DNA of 64,000 nucleotides. Origin: Armatimonadota bacterium (GTDB taxonomy: Bacteria; Armatimonadota; Fimbriimonadia; Fimbriimonadales; GBS-DC). Location of the stretch: the NCBI GenBank assembly GCA_037444405.1, contig JBBIML010000015.1, positions 30,303-94,302 on the forward strand, read 5' to 3'. The notes below the pieces were generated by a model. It did not search any database and had not been told where the DNA came from. It saw only the letters and a list, made by a program, of their open reading frames with translations. This document shows, one piece after another, positions 24,636-34,369 of the stretch. Position 1 is the first letter of the stretch. Each line of letters begins with the position of its first letter. Position numbers and translations under genes: made by a program.

Positions 24636-25136
24636 ATGAGTCAGCTGGAGATTCGGTGGCTGGAGCCGTCCAGCGTGCTGATTGAGCGCGTGCCGAACGG
24701 TCGGCAGGTGCGCGTGCGCCTGCCCGACGGTGAGGTGCATGAAGATGTGCAGTTCGCCCGCGCCTTCCCCTTCTCCGACCCTGACCACTACATCAGCATC
24801 CTCACGCGCGAGGGCAGAGAGATTGGCATGTTCCGTTCGCTGGAGGGGATGGCGCCCGAATCGCTCGCCATTCTGCAGGAGGAGCTGGAACGCCGCTACT
24901 TTATCCCCATCATCCAGAAGGTCTACGCGCTTAACGAAGAGTACGGGCAGCTGCGCTGGGATGTGGAGACCGACCGCGGGCGACGCCTGTTCTATGTGCG
25001 CAACTGGCGCGACAACATCCATGAGCTATCGCCCGTGCGCTACCTGATTGTGGCGGTGGACGGCAGTCGCTATGAGATTCGCGACCTGAACGCGCTGGAC
25101 GGGCGCAGCCGCGCCTTGCTGGAGCGACTGGGCTGA
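24636..25136 (+). CDS. DUF1854-like protein
   Basis: 166 aa. FARAFPFSDPDHYISILTREGREIGMFRSLEGM...LEEELERRYFIPIIQKV...WDVETDRGRRLFYV...DGSRYEIRDLNALDGRS matches my recollection of the DUF1854 pattern. TATTCT sits 6 nt upstream of the ATG. Confidence 0.55.
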   Translation: MSQLEIRWLEPSSVLIERVPNGRQVRVRLPDGEVHEDVQFARAFPFSDPDHYISILTREGREIGMFRSLEGMAPESLAILQEELERRYFIPIIQKVYALNEEYGQLRWDVETDRGRRLFYVRNWRDNIHELSPVRYLIVAVDGSRYEIRDLNALDGRSRALLERLG

Positions 25137-25142
25137 ACCCGC

Positions 25143-26144
25143 CTATCGCTTCGTCCAGATGCGCGTGTTCAGGTTCAGCTCGTCCACCACCGCCAGCGCA
25201 AACTGCAGCTCATGCAGATACCTGCCAATCGTTTCCGGCTTGAGCAAAATGCCCGTCGGCGCGAACACCGACGGCGCCTCAAAGTAATCATGTGCGGTCG
25301 GGATCGCCAGATACACCTGCGAGGCGATGAAGGCGAGCCGTATCTCGCTGCGGGTCAACTCCCGAAAGCGCATGATGCGCGCCATCAGGCTCGGTGTCAG
25401 AATATAACGCGCTTCGATCTGGTCGGTGGAGTAGACTTTGAACGCCCGCTCGAACTCCGGGTCTTCCAGCTTGACCAGCTCGCCCGGTTGCATACCGAGC
25501 TTGGCGCTCCAGCTCTGGAGCGTTTGACCCAGCCAGCCCAGCAGCTTCTCTTCGGTATCGGGCAGCACCAGCGTGACGCCGTTGAACTGTTTGTTGAAAT
25601 CGGCGATAATGAACAGCCCGCGAAACAGCGTGTGCCAGGTCGTGTAGCGGTTGCCCTTTGAGTCGTAATGCTCCACTTGATATTCGGCATGCACCTCCGA
25701 CAGGCGGATGGCGGTCTGACCGACCCTGCCCTGGATCAGGTCTTCACCATGATAGCGGTCTGGCTCCCGCTGGAACAGCATGCTCTGGTTGAACTCGGCT
25801 TCGCTGATGTATTGTTCCGGCAGGTACTCGAGGTCGGGGCTGATAAACTTCACCAGCCGGCTGATTATGCGCCTCTTGAACAGTCTGGACCAGTCGCTTG
25901 TGATGGCGGCGTAGCTGGCGAGGATCACGACGAGGGCGACGCCGAGCGGGGCGAAGGCGAAGATGCCCAGTTCCGAGCTGACAAACGCCGCCAGCGCCAG
26001 GCTCAGTAGCCCGCCGATGAGGATGCTCCAGAGCGTGATTTGCCCGAAGCGTGCTGTGCGCTGCTGACGCTCCTCCTCCAGCGCGCGCAGTATCGGCTCC
26101 AGCTCGCGATAGTGCTGATCCCAATCGCCTGTGGGTGCGCTCAT
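25143..26144 (-). CDS. DUF3137-like membrane protein (usual LemA partner)
   Basis: 333 aa. Two N-terminal TM helices, then YSTDQIEARYILTPSLMARIMRF. The start overlaps the lemA stop by 4 nt. Confidence 0.55.
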   Translation of the reverse strand: MSAPTGDWDQHYRELEPILRALEEERQQRTARFGQITLWSILIGGLLSLALAAFVSSELGIFAFAPLGVALVVILASYAAITSDWSRLFKRRIISRLVKFISPDLEYLPEQYISEAEFNQSMLFQREPDRYHGEDLIQGRVGQTAIRLSEVHAEYQVEHYDSKGNRYTTWHTLFRGLFIIADFNKQFNGVTLVLPDTEEKLLGWLGQTLQSWSAKLGMQPGELVKLEDPEFERAFKVYSTDQIEARYILTPSLMARIMRFRELTRSEIRLAFIASQVYLAIPTAHDYFEAPSVFAPTGILLKPETIGRYLHELQFALAVVDELNLNTRIWTKR

Positions 26145-26725
26145 TGCTGGAACAGCTGGGCGACATCGGGCGTCGCGCGCTCGGCGGCTTCCGCTTCGAA
26201 CACGGCTCGCCGCGACAGCCCCATTATCGACGCCACGAAGTTCGTCGGGAACATCTCGATGGCGTTATTGTAGTCGGTGACGGCGGCGTTATAGGCGCGG
26301 CGGGCAGCAGCGAGCTGCTCTTCGATCTCGTTCAGCGACGCCTGCAGATGCAGGAAGTTCTCGTTCGCTTTCAGGTTCGGATAGTTCTCGACGGCGACCA
26401 TCAGGCTGCGCAGGGCGCCCGACAGCGCGGCTTCGACTTGCATGCGCTCGCCTTCGGGCAAATCGGGTGAAACCGCCCGCGCCCGCAGCGCCGTGATGCG
26501 CTCCAGCAGCTCGCGCTCATGCTCCATATACTGGCGCACCGTCGCGACCAGATTGGGAATCAAGTCGTGGCGCTTTTTGAGCTGAACATCGATGCCGCTG
26601 TAGGCGTAGTCCACCTGATTCTTTTTAGCAATCAGTGAGTTGTACATCGCCATGAAAAGAATCAGCAGGAGCAGCGCGCCGCCGCCGATGCACACCAGTC
26701 CTAATATCAACCCCATCATATCCAT
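26141..26725 (-). CDS. lemA: LemA family protein
   Basis: YNSLIAKKNQVDYAYSGIDVQLKKRHDLIPNLV...NYPNLKANENFLHLQASL...RRAYNAAVTDYNNAIEMFPTNFVA. Start moved to ATG 26725 because a TATACT -10 box lies inside the longer track ORF. Confidence 0.9.
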   Translation of the reverse strand: MDMMGLILGLVCIGGGALLLLILFMAMYNSLIAKKNQVDYAYSGIDVQLKKRHDLIPNLVATVRQYMEHERELLERITALRARAVSPDLPEGERMQVEAALSGALRSLMVAVENYPNLKANENFLHLQASLNEIEEQLAAARRAYNAAVTDYNNAIEMFPTNFVASIMGLSRRAVFEAEAAERATPDVAQLFQQ

Positions 26726-26839
26726 CGCGTCCACAACCCCCTGAACCGCTGATAATAACAGTATACCTGCCCGAATCACCCTGAAAAGCAGGAATCGTCA
26801 AAGCCGTGTCGAATAGGGCATTACGGAGGGAGACCTGCG

Positions 26840-29800
26840 ATGTCTCGACGGATGGGAGCTGCGATTGCATGGATGGGGCTATTGCTCGCTTTTCAAATCT
26901 ATGGGGTTGCCGCGCTGATTCGGAATGAGACCCCGCGTGCCAGCCTCTTCGGTGTCGCTATTTCCGACCAGACAGGTCAGCCGATTCCGCATGCCCACAT
27001 CACCCTCACCCGCATAGAATATGTTCGGGACGAGCAGGACAGATTCGGCTATTACCGCTTCTATTATAACGTTTACGAGGTGCGAGCCGATGCGCAGGGG
27101 CGGTTCAGCCTGCGAGGCATCCCTGCGGGGCGGTACGAGCTGCGAGCCGGATCAGAGGCGCACCATTTCCCTGCGGAGCTATCCAGCGGCGACCGCCCGG
27201 CGTTCGAGATCGAGCTGAGCGAGGGCGAGCGCGAGGAGCTCACCCTGCGCATGGAACCCGATCGCCCCTTCGTGGAGCTGATTCATCCGCAGGCGGTCTA
27301 TTACCCTGGCGAGGCGGTTCGGCTGGGCGTGCGCGGCTTTGCGCCCACCGATGAGGTGGAGGTGGCGCTGTATCGGCTCAAATCGGACATCGGCTCGTCC
27401 AGCGGTCCCGCCCAGCAGCGCTCGTTGACCGACTTCGTGCGCACGCTCAGTGAAATCCGATATGGCTGGTGGCGCGACGAATGGGAGCTGCGCAATTTTC
27501 TGCAGGCATCGGAGCCGTACCTTAACAGGTTGAGCGAGCTGGTGGAGCCGATTCGCGGGCGCGACCCCGAAGGCGTGTTCACGCAATATCTGTCCTTGCC
27601 GAACCTTGAGCGCGGGGTCTATCTCGCTGTTGTGCGCGCGGGACCTGCCATACGCCCCGCGCTGCTAATTATCTCCCATGCGGGGCTGATCGCCAAAGTT
27701 GTCGGCTCCGAGCTGGAGGTGTGGGCAATCGACCTCAAGTCGGGTCAGCCGCTGCCGAACCTGCCCGTCGCTGTCGCTTCGCTTTATCAGCAAGCCAGCC
27801 GGCAGTCGCGCTTTGTGCAGGGACGCACTGGCAGCGACGGGCGATGGCGTGTCTCCCAAGCGCCCCCTGGCGAACTGCTGATTATGGCGTCTGATCCCGA
27901 CCGCAAAACACCCATCGTGTGGTTCACCTTCTGGCGATGGGATGACGGGAGCGAGAGCGGCGCTGATCTGTACGGCGCCATCTACACCGAGCGACCCATC
28001 TATCGCCCTGGCGACACCATCTATTTCAAGGGCATCGTGCGCCGCCAGCAGCCATCGGCGCAGAGCCTCTATCAGCCGTTGCGAGCGGGCACGCCCGTCC
28101 AGATTACCGTCTATGACCCCGACGATGAACCCGTCGCCCAGCAGACGCTACGCCTGAGCGACTTCTCCTCGTTCAGCGGCTCGTTCGAGACCACGCCCGA
28201 ATCGCGCACGGGTCTCTACCGAATCGTCGCGCTGGTCGAGGGCGAGCGCATCGAGGGCGAGGCGGAGGTCGCCGCCTATCGCAAGCCTGTGTATCGCATC
28301 AACCTCAAGCCGTCGCGCGAACTCTATCTGCCGGGCGAGCGCGTCGAAGTGGAAATCCGCTCTGAATACTACTTCGGGATGCCCGTGCCGAATGCCAGAC
28401 TGCGCTATGAGGTCGCCCGCAGCTATGATTACTACGGTTACGACGATTCGGACGGCGCGGAGTGGGAAGACGACTGGTCTGTGCCGCCTGACGCCGACGA
28501 GGAGGCGCTGCTGGAGGGCGGCTATGGCTACTATGGCGAGCGCGTCGCCAGCGGCGAGGCTCAAACGGACGAGCAGGGTCGCGCCATCCTGCGCATCCCC
28601 GTGTCCGAGCTGCTCAAGGAATCGGAGCGCGAGGGCGATTTCTGGTGGTATGCCTTTGAGCGCCCGACCGCCTACCGCTGTACCCTGCGCGTCGAGATGC
28701 TCTCCGAAGGTGCCGAGTTCGCTCAGGCGACCACGCGCTTCTCGGTCGCCTCCACCTACTGGCAGGTGCGCATGCAGGTGGAGCCTTATTTTGGCAAGCC
28801 AAACCAGCCGTACACGGTACGCCTGCAGGTGCGCGATCGGCGCACGGGCGCGCCCGTCCACACCCGCCTGAACTGGCGTGTGGGCGAACGCCTGCGACGC
28901 GGCGACCGATTCGTCACCAGCACCGCATTCGAGGGCACCGTCGCGACCGACGCGCAGGGACGCGCCCAGTTCGATTTCACACCTCCTTATGCAGGCGACT
29001 GGGAGATCCGAATCGAAGGGCGCGACAGCGAGGGCTACCCGCTGATTTTGACCGACACGCTGTGGGTCTGGCACTCGAGCCGCACGCCCCAGACGCCGCC
29101 CGAAGCCAGGCTGGACCTGCGCGTGAACCGCAACATCCTGAAAGCGGGCGAGCCGCTGGAGATTGCCATCCGCGCGGGTCAGCCCGACGCCACGCTCTGG
29201 CTCACGCTCGAAGGCGACCGCATCTACCATTCGCAAATCGTGTCCCTGCGCAACGGCGTCGCCACCGTCCGCCTGACGCCACCCATCGACGCCATCCCGA
29301 ACGCCTTCGTCAAAGTGTGCATGGTGCAGAACAAGCGCTACATCGAGCGGGTGCGTGTGGTGAAGATTGGCGTCCACGAGCAGAACCTGAAGATTGCCAT
29401 CCAGACCGATAAGTCGCGCTATGCGCCGCGCGAGACGGTGCATGCACAGATCACCGTTACGGATGCTGATGGTCGCCCCGCCCGCGCCGAGCTGTCGCTG
29501 GCAGTGGTGGATGAGTCCATCTACGCGATTCGGTCCGACACCTTCCGCCTGAAGCGGGAATTTTATGCCTATCGCTGGAACCGCGTGCGTACCGAGTTCT
29601 CCGCGCCGTGGCTGGCATTGCAGGGCGATAAGGGTCAGGCGGAGCTGGAAATACGGCGCACCTTCCGCGACACCGCCTTCTGGACACCGGCAGCTCTCAC
29701 CGACGCGCAGGGCGTCGCCCGCATCGCCTTCCCACTACCTGACAACCTCACCGAGTGGCGACTGACAGTGCATGCGCACACGCTCCAGACGCAGGTCGGC

Positions 29801-31894
29801 TACGCGAAGGCGAGCATCAAATGCGCGAAGGATCTGATGGTCAATCTGCGCATGCCGCTGTGGCTGGTGGAGGGCGACCGCACGCGCATCAGCACGGTCA
29901 TCAGCAACGACACGGCGCAACCGCGCGAGCTGGAGGTGATCCTGCGCACGCCCGACGGCGCACGGCAGCAAACCGCCGCCATCGGCGCCCACAAAACCCT
30001 CACGCTCCACTGGGACTACACCGCGCGGGGCTACGGCAAGCAGACCTTCCAGGCGATTGTGCGCGATCGCGCGACGGGGCTGACCGACGCCGAAGAGCGC
30101 ACCGTGACGCTGATGCCGTTCGCCCTGCGGCGGTCGTTCGGTCAGACGGCGTGGCTCACGCGCCCGCGCGAACTCACGCTCACGGTCGCGCCCGATGCTA
30201 TCCTGCCTGTGAGCCAGCTGCAGGTGCAGGTGGTGCCCTCAGTGTTGCACCGCATCTATCACAGCCTGCCCTACCTGATCGACTATCCCTACGGCTGTGT
30301 GGAGCAGACGACGAGCCGCTTCCTGCCCGCTGTGCTGGTGCTGCACGCCTTCCAGCAGATGGGCATCACGCCCCCTGCCGATATGCAGCGGCAGATTGCA
30401 ACCGTGGCGCGCCTCTCCATCGAGCGGCTGCGCCGATTCCAGCAGGAGAACGGCGGCTGGGGCTGGTGGGAGGGCGAACGACCGAACCTGTGGACCACCG
30501 CCTATGTGATGCGTGCGCTCCATCTGGCAAAGCAGGCGGGTGTGCGCATGCCCGACACGATGTACGACGAGGGCCGCCAATCGCTCATCCAGCTCATTAA
30601 TCAGGGGCTGGAGGAGTGGGAGAAGCGCATGGCGGGCACATCCGACGATTCCTCCATCTATATCTCCGAATCTGAGCTGCTGTATGGCTTGTATATGCTG
30701 TGCCAGATAGAGACGGAGCCGCCTGTGAAGCGCGCCCTGCTGAACCGCTTCGTACAGCGCTGTCTCACCGAGATCGCCTGGTACGACAGTGAAGAAGCGT
30801 ACTGCCTGCTGATTCTCTACCTGCGCTGGCGATTGCCCGATAGGGAGTCAGCCATCGCCCGCCTGTGGCAGCGTCTGCTCAAGACCGCCCACGAGGAGCA
30901 GAGCCTGATGCTCTGGTATCGAACGGAGGAGGACGCCCGCTGGTGGGACTACCGCTCCTGGTACGGCTGGCTGCCCGCGCTCGCGCAGTCGGAGGCGCTG
31001 CTCGCGTTGCTCGCGAGCGAGCCGTACGCCGAGAAACTGTTCGGCACGCGCCGCCGCTACGAGGAGCTGATCCGAAAGACCGTGATGGGATTGCTGAGAT
31101 TGGCGCAGGGCGACGGCTGGTACACCTCGCTGGACACAGCGCATGCGCTGGAGGCGCTGCTGGCATTCAGCCGCCGCTATGAGTCGGCGGGCGCGCTCGC
31201 GAAGACCGCCCAGGTGCAGGTCTGGCTCAACGGCACGCTCGCAGGTGAGGTGCGGGTGAACCCCGGCGACGCATGGAAAGCGGCTGGACGGCTAACGCTG
31301 GATGTCGGTCGCTTACAACCGGGCGAGAACCGCATCGAGCTGCGCCCCATTGGCGGCTCACCGATAGTCAGCCTGCAGTTCGAGCAGTGGGTGCGCCTGA
31401 CACCTGCCAGCGCGACGCCGCCATCCACCTTCAAAATCAAGGTCTCGCGCCTCGAAAGCGTCCACGACCTGACCGCCTCCATCACCTGCTGCGACGGCGG
31501 ATGGGGCAATATCGAGTTGACCGAGCTTCAGAGCGGCGATTCGGTGGCGCAGGGCAGTCTGATTCTGGTGGAGGTGGAGGCGAAGGTGTCCACCCGCTCA
31601 CGCGAGGCGAGCTATCTGGTGCTGGAGACGCCCTACTTCGCGGGCTGCGTGCCCACCGAGCTTGCCAGCGACTCCATCTACTACTGGAACGACTGGGTCT
31701 ATCAGCGCATGGAGCTGCGCGACGATCGGGCGATCTCCTACCGTTCGCGTCTCAGCGCGAGCGAGGAGATGCATTATCGGCTGCTGTTGCGGGCGGAGGT
31801 GCCCGGCGAGTATCGGCTCCTGCCGCCGCGCCTGTGGGCGATGTACGCGCCCTACGACGAACATGGCGCGTCCTTCATTCTGCGCGTGCGCTGA
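26840..31894 (+). CDS. alpha-2-macroglobulin family protein (1684 aa) with a thioester motif
   Basis: Signal peptide. N-terminal carboxypeptidase-regulatory-like domain (GRFSLRGIPAGRYELRAG). Repeated MG-type domains (RPIYRPGDTIYFKGIVR). PYGCVEQTTSRFLP with CVEQ at 30296-30307. GGWGWW in the TED-like region. Confidence 0.88.
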   Translation: MSRRMGAAIAWMGLLLAFQIYGVAALIRNETPRASLFGVAISDQTGQPIPHAHITLTRIEYVRDEQDRFGYYRFYYNVYEVRADAQGRFSLRGIPAGRYELRAGSEAHHFPAELSSGDRPAFEIELSEGEREELTLRMEPDRPFVELIHPQAVYYPGEAVRLGVRGFAPTDEVEVALYRLKSDIGSSSGPAQQRSLTDFVRTLSEIRYGWWRDEWELRNFLQASEPYLNRLSELVEPIRGRDPEGVFTQYLSLPNLERGVYLAVVRAGPAIRPALLIISHAGLIAKVVGSELEVWAIDLKSGQPLPNLPVAVASLYQQASRQSRFVQGRTGSDGRWRVSQAPPGELLIMASDPDRKTPIVWFTFWRWDDGSESGADLYGAIYTERPIYRPGDTIYFKGIVRRQQPSAQSLYQPLRAGTPVQITVYDPDDEPVAQQTLRLSDFSSFSGSFETTPESRTGLYRIVALVEGERIEGEAEVAAYRKPVYRINLKPSRELYLPGERVEVEIRSEYYFGMPVPNARLRYEVARSYDYYGYDDSDGAEWEDDWSVPPDADEEALLEGGYGYYGERVASGEAQTDEQGRAILRIPVSELLKESEREGDFWWYAFERPTAYRCTLRVEMLSEGAEFAQATTRFSVASTYWQVRMQVEPYFGKPNQPYTVRLQVRDRRTGAPVHTRLNWRVGERLRRGDRFVTSTAFEGTVATDAQGRAQFDFTPPYAGDWEIRIEGRDSEGYPLILTDTLWVWHSSRTPQTPPEARLDLRVNRNILKAGEPLEIAIRAGQPDATLWLTLEGDRIYHSQIVSLRNGVATVRLTPPIDAIPNAFVKVCMVQNKRYIERVRVVKIGVHEQNLKIAIQTDKSRYAPRETVHAQITVTDADGRPARAELSLAVVDESIYAIRSDTFRLKREFYAYRWNRVRTEFSAPWLALQGDKGQAELEIRRTFRDTAFWTPAALTDAQGVARIAFPLPDNLTEWRLTVHAHTLQTQVGYAKASIKCAKDLMVNLRMPLWLVEGDRTRISTVISNDTAQPRELEVILRTPDGARQQTAAIGAHKTLTLHWDYTARGYGKQTFQAIVRDRATGLTDAEERTVTLMPFALRRSFGQTAWLTRPRELTLTVAPDAILPVSQLQVQVVPSVLHRIYHSLPYLIDYPYGCVEQTTSRFLPAVLVLHAFQQMGITPPADMQRQIATVARLSIERLRRFQQENGGWGWWEGERPNLWTTAYVMRALHLAKQAGVRMPDTMYDEGRQSLIQLINQGLEEWEKRMAGTSDDSSIYISESELLYGLYMLCQIETEPPVKRALLNRFVQRCLTEIAWYDSEEAYCLLILYLRWRLPDRESAIARLWQRLLKTAHEEQSLMLWYRTEEDARWWDYRSWYGWLPALAQSEALLALLASEPYAEKLFGTRRRYEELIRKTVMGLLRLAQGDGWYTSLDTAHALEALLAFSRRYESAGALAKTAQVQVWLNGTLAGEVRVNPGDAWKAAGRLTLDVGRLQPGENRIELRPIGGSPIVSLQFEQWVRLTPASATPPSTFKIKVSRLESVHDLTASITCCDGGWGNIELTELQSGDSVAQGSLILVEVEAKVSTRSREASYLVLETPYFAGCVPTELASDSIYYWNDWVYQRMELRDDRAISYRSRLSASEEMHYRLLLRAEVPGEYRLLPPRLWAMYAPYDEHGASFILRVR

Positions 31895-31958
31895 ACCTGC
31901 CCTCCCTACCTGCATCCTGTTGAAAGGTGCAGGGGATGGGGTAAGATAGGGCGGAGCG

Positions 31959-32771
31959 ATGGGTAAAGCGGGAGATTTACTGGATCGTGTCATCTGTGGC
32001 GACGCGCTGGAGGTGCTGCCGCAGCTGCCCGATGCGCTCGCCGATATGGTGTTTTTTGACCCGCCCTATTTTTTGCAGCTACCGAAGCGGCAGCTGCTGC
32101 GCTGGAAAGCCAGAACGCTGGTGGAGGGCGTCTATGAACAATGGGATCAGTTCGCCAGCTTCGAGGAGTACGACACCTTTATCAGCACGGTGCTGGCGCA
32201 ACTGCGCCGCCTGATGAAGCCCAGCGCTACCCTGTGGGTCATCGGCACCTATCACAACATCCATCGCATCGGCCGACTGTTGCAGGATGCAGGCTTCTGG
32301 ATTCTAAACGAGGTCATCTGGATTAAGACGAACGCCATGCCCAACTGGTTGAATGTGCGCTTCACGAACGCCACCGAGACCCTCATCTGGGCGGTCAAAG
32401 ACCGCACGGTGAAGGATTACACCTACCATGCCGATGTAGCGCGCACCTTTGCGCCCGACGGCTTTCGGCTGGCAATCAATGTGTGGGAGCTGCCCATCTG
32501 CACGGGCAAGGAACGGCTGAAAGATTCGGAAGGGCGCAAGTTGCATCCAACGCAGAAGCCTGAAGCCCTGCTGGAGCGCGTGATTTTGACCTCGACAAAC
32601 GAGGGCGATGTGGTGCTGGATCCGATGGCGGGCACGGGCACAACGGGCGTGGTGGCGCTCCGACATGGGCGACGGTTCGTGCTGATCGAACGCGAGCCGC
32701 GCTATGTGGCGGCATGCCAGCAGCGATTGCAACAGGAGCATCAGCGCCTGGCAAACCATCAGCGCAGATAG
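31959..32771 (+). CDS. beta-class N6-adenine/N4-cytosine DNA methyltransferase (CcrM/HinfI-like motif order), no adjacent endonuclease
   Basis: DPPY at 32058-32069 (FFDPPYF) near the N-terminus. HPTQKPEALLERVI and DPMAGTGTTG (SAM motif I) near the C-terminus. Confidence 0.88.
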   Translation: MGKAGDLLDRVICGDALEVLPQLPDALADMVFFDPPYFLQLPKRQLLRWKARTLVEGVYEQWDQFASFEEYDTFISTVLAQLRRLMKPSATLWVIGTYHNIHRIGRLLQDAGFWILNEVIWIKTNAMPNWLNVRFTNATETLIWAVKDRTVKDYTYHADVARTFAPDGFRLAINVWELPICTGKERLKDSEGRKLHPTQKPEALLERVILTSTNEGDVVLDPMAGTGTTGVVALRHGRRFVLIEREPRYVAACQQRLQQEHQRLANHQRR

Positions 32772-34354
32772 CGCAGGAAACCTGGCATTGCTTTGAGCGG
32801 GGAGAAGTGGCGGGTGAGGTAGCGCAGTTCGGGGGCGAGGCGGCGCATCGCGCGCAGGCTCATGCGCAGAGTCGGCTCCGCCAGCCACGCCATCATCTCG
32901 TCGGTGACGCGGTGCAACCGCTCGCTGTAGGGATACCACCAGAGCTCGGGCTTGACGGTGTAAATCTCGCTCACATACTGGGTTTGAACCAGCTCATAGA
33001 GTCCGAACTGTCCGTGCGTGCGTCCGACGCCCGAATCTTTGAATCCGCCCCAGCTGCTGTAGCCGTCGCCGAAGGTGGTGGCGTGCGTATTGACCGTGAC
33101 GGCGCCGCATTCCAGCAGAGGCGCGATCCGTCTGGCGCGCTGGCGGTCGCGCGTCCAGACGGAGGCGGTCAGCCCGAACGCGCTGGCGTTCGCCCGCGCC
33201 ACCGCCTCCTGCTCGTTCGCCACAGGCTGAACCATCACCAGTGGTCCGAAGGTCTCCTCCTGCATGCCGAGCATGCCCTCGTGGGCATCGGCGACGAGCG
33301 TCGGCGCGTAGTAGAGTTCGCCCAGCTCACTTAACACCTTACCGCCTGTCAGCACGCGCCCGCCTTTTGAGCAGGCGTCTTCCACATGCGCCTGCACCCG
33401 ATCGCGCTGGAACGGCGCAATCAGGGGTCCCATATCGGTCTCCATGCTGAGCGGGTGTCCCACGCGGATGCGCGACAGCTCCTCGCGCAGAGCTTGCAGG
33501 AACGGCTCATAGAGCGGGCGCTCCACATAGACGCGCTCCACCGACACGCAGGTCTGTCCCGCGTTCACCATCGCTGCCCAGGCGATGCCGCGCGCGGTGC
33601 GCTCGATATCGGCGTCGGATAGCACAATCGCAGGGTCTTTGCCACCCAGTTCCAGAATCACCTTTTTGTTGGTTTCGGCGGCTTTCGCGGCGACGGCGCG
33701 CCCGATGGGCACGCTGCCAGTGAAGATGACGCCGCGCACGCGCGGGTCACTGATGAGCGCCTGACCCTGTGGCGCGCCTCCCTGCACCAGCTGCACCAGC
33801 CCATCGGGCAGATTCAGCCGCTGGAACAGCTCCACGATCAGCGCGCCTGTGAGCGGCGTCAGCGGCGACGGCTTGAGCAGCGCCGCGTTGCCAGTGAACA
33901 CCAGCGCGGTTAGCTGTACCAGCGGGATGCTCACAGGGTAGTTCCAGGGCGCGATCACCGCCCACACGCCGTAGGGATGAAAGTGCATCGTGCAGGTTCG
34001 CCCGCGCATAAAGGGACCCTTCGGGCGGATCGGCTGCGGGCGTAGCAGGCGCACCCCTTCGTAGATGAGGAAGGTCATCGCGTCGACGGGCGGAAAGATT
34101 TCGACAATCATCGCCTCGATGAGGGGTTTGCCCTGCTCGCGGGCGACCAGTTCGGCGATGGTGTGGCGCTCGTTGAACAGCAGGCGTCGGAGCTGGCGCA
34201 TGGCGTCTGCCCGCTCCTGCAGGGGCGTGCGACGCCACTCTTCAAAAGCGCGGTGCGCCCGCTCCACCATCGACGGGATCGCCTCGACGGGTGTCGGCTC
34301 CACCTCGCCCAGCAAGCTCCCATCGGCAGGACTTTTGACCACGATGCGGTTCAT
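32759..34354 (-). CDS. NAD(P)-dependent aldehyde dehydrogenase with a ~60-aa C-terminal extension
   Basis: ELGGKDPAIV, catalytic Cys context GQTCVSVERVYV, EETFGP. The 3' end overlaps the convergent methyltransferase gene by 13 nt. Confidence 0.9.
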   Translation of the reverse strand: MNRIVVKSPADGSLLGEVEPTPVEAIPSMVERAHRAFEEWRRTPLQERADAMRQLRRLLFNERHTIAELVAREQGKPLIEAMIVEIFPPVDAMTFLIYEGVRLLRPQPIRPKGPFMRGRTCTMHFHPYGVWAVIAPWNYPVSIPLVQLTALVFTGNAALLKPSPLTPLTGALIVELFQRLNLPDGLVQLVQGGAPQGQALISDPRVRGVIFTGSVPIGRAVAAKAAETNKKVILELGGKDPAIVLSDADIERTARGIAWAAMVNAGQTCVSVERVYVERPLYEPFLQALREELSRIRVGHPLSMETDMGPLIAPFQRDRVQAHVEDACSKGGRVLTGGKVLSELGELYYAPTLVADAHEGMLGMQEETFGPLVMVQPVANEQEAVARANASAFGLTASVWTRDRQRARRIAPLLECGAVTVNTHATTFGDGYSSWGGFKDSGVGRTHGQFGLYELVQTQYVSEIYTVKPELWWYPYSERLHRVTDEMMAWLAEPTLRMSLRAMRRLAPELRYLTRHFSPLKAMPGFLRYLR

Positions 34355-34369
34355 TGCCTTCTCAACTGC

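Noticed and set aside
28148-29443. 431-aa minus-strand ORF (also 29755..30600 +, 31273..31923 +)
   Set aside because: These are antisense or out of frame within the alpha-2-macroglobulin gene and have shadow-ORF composition.
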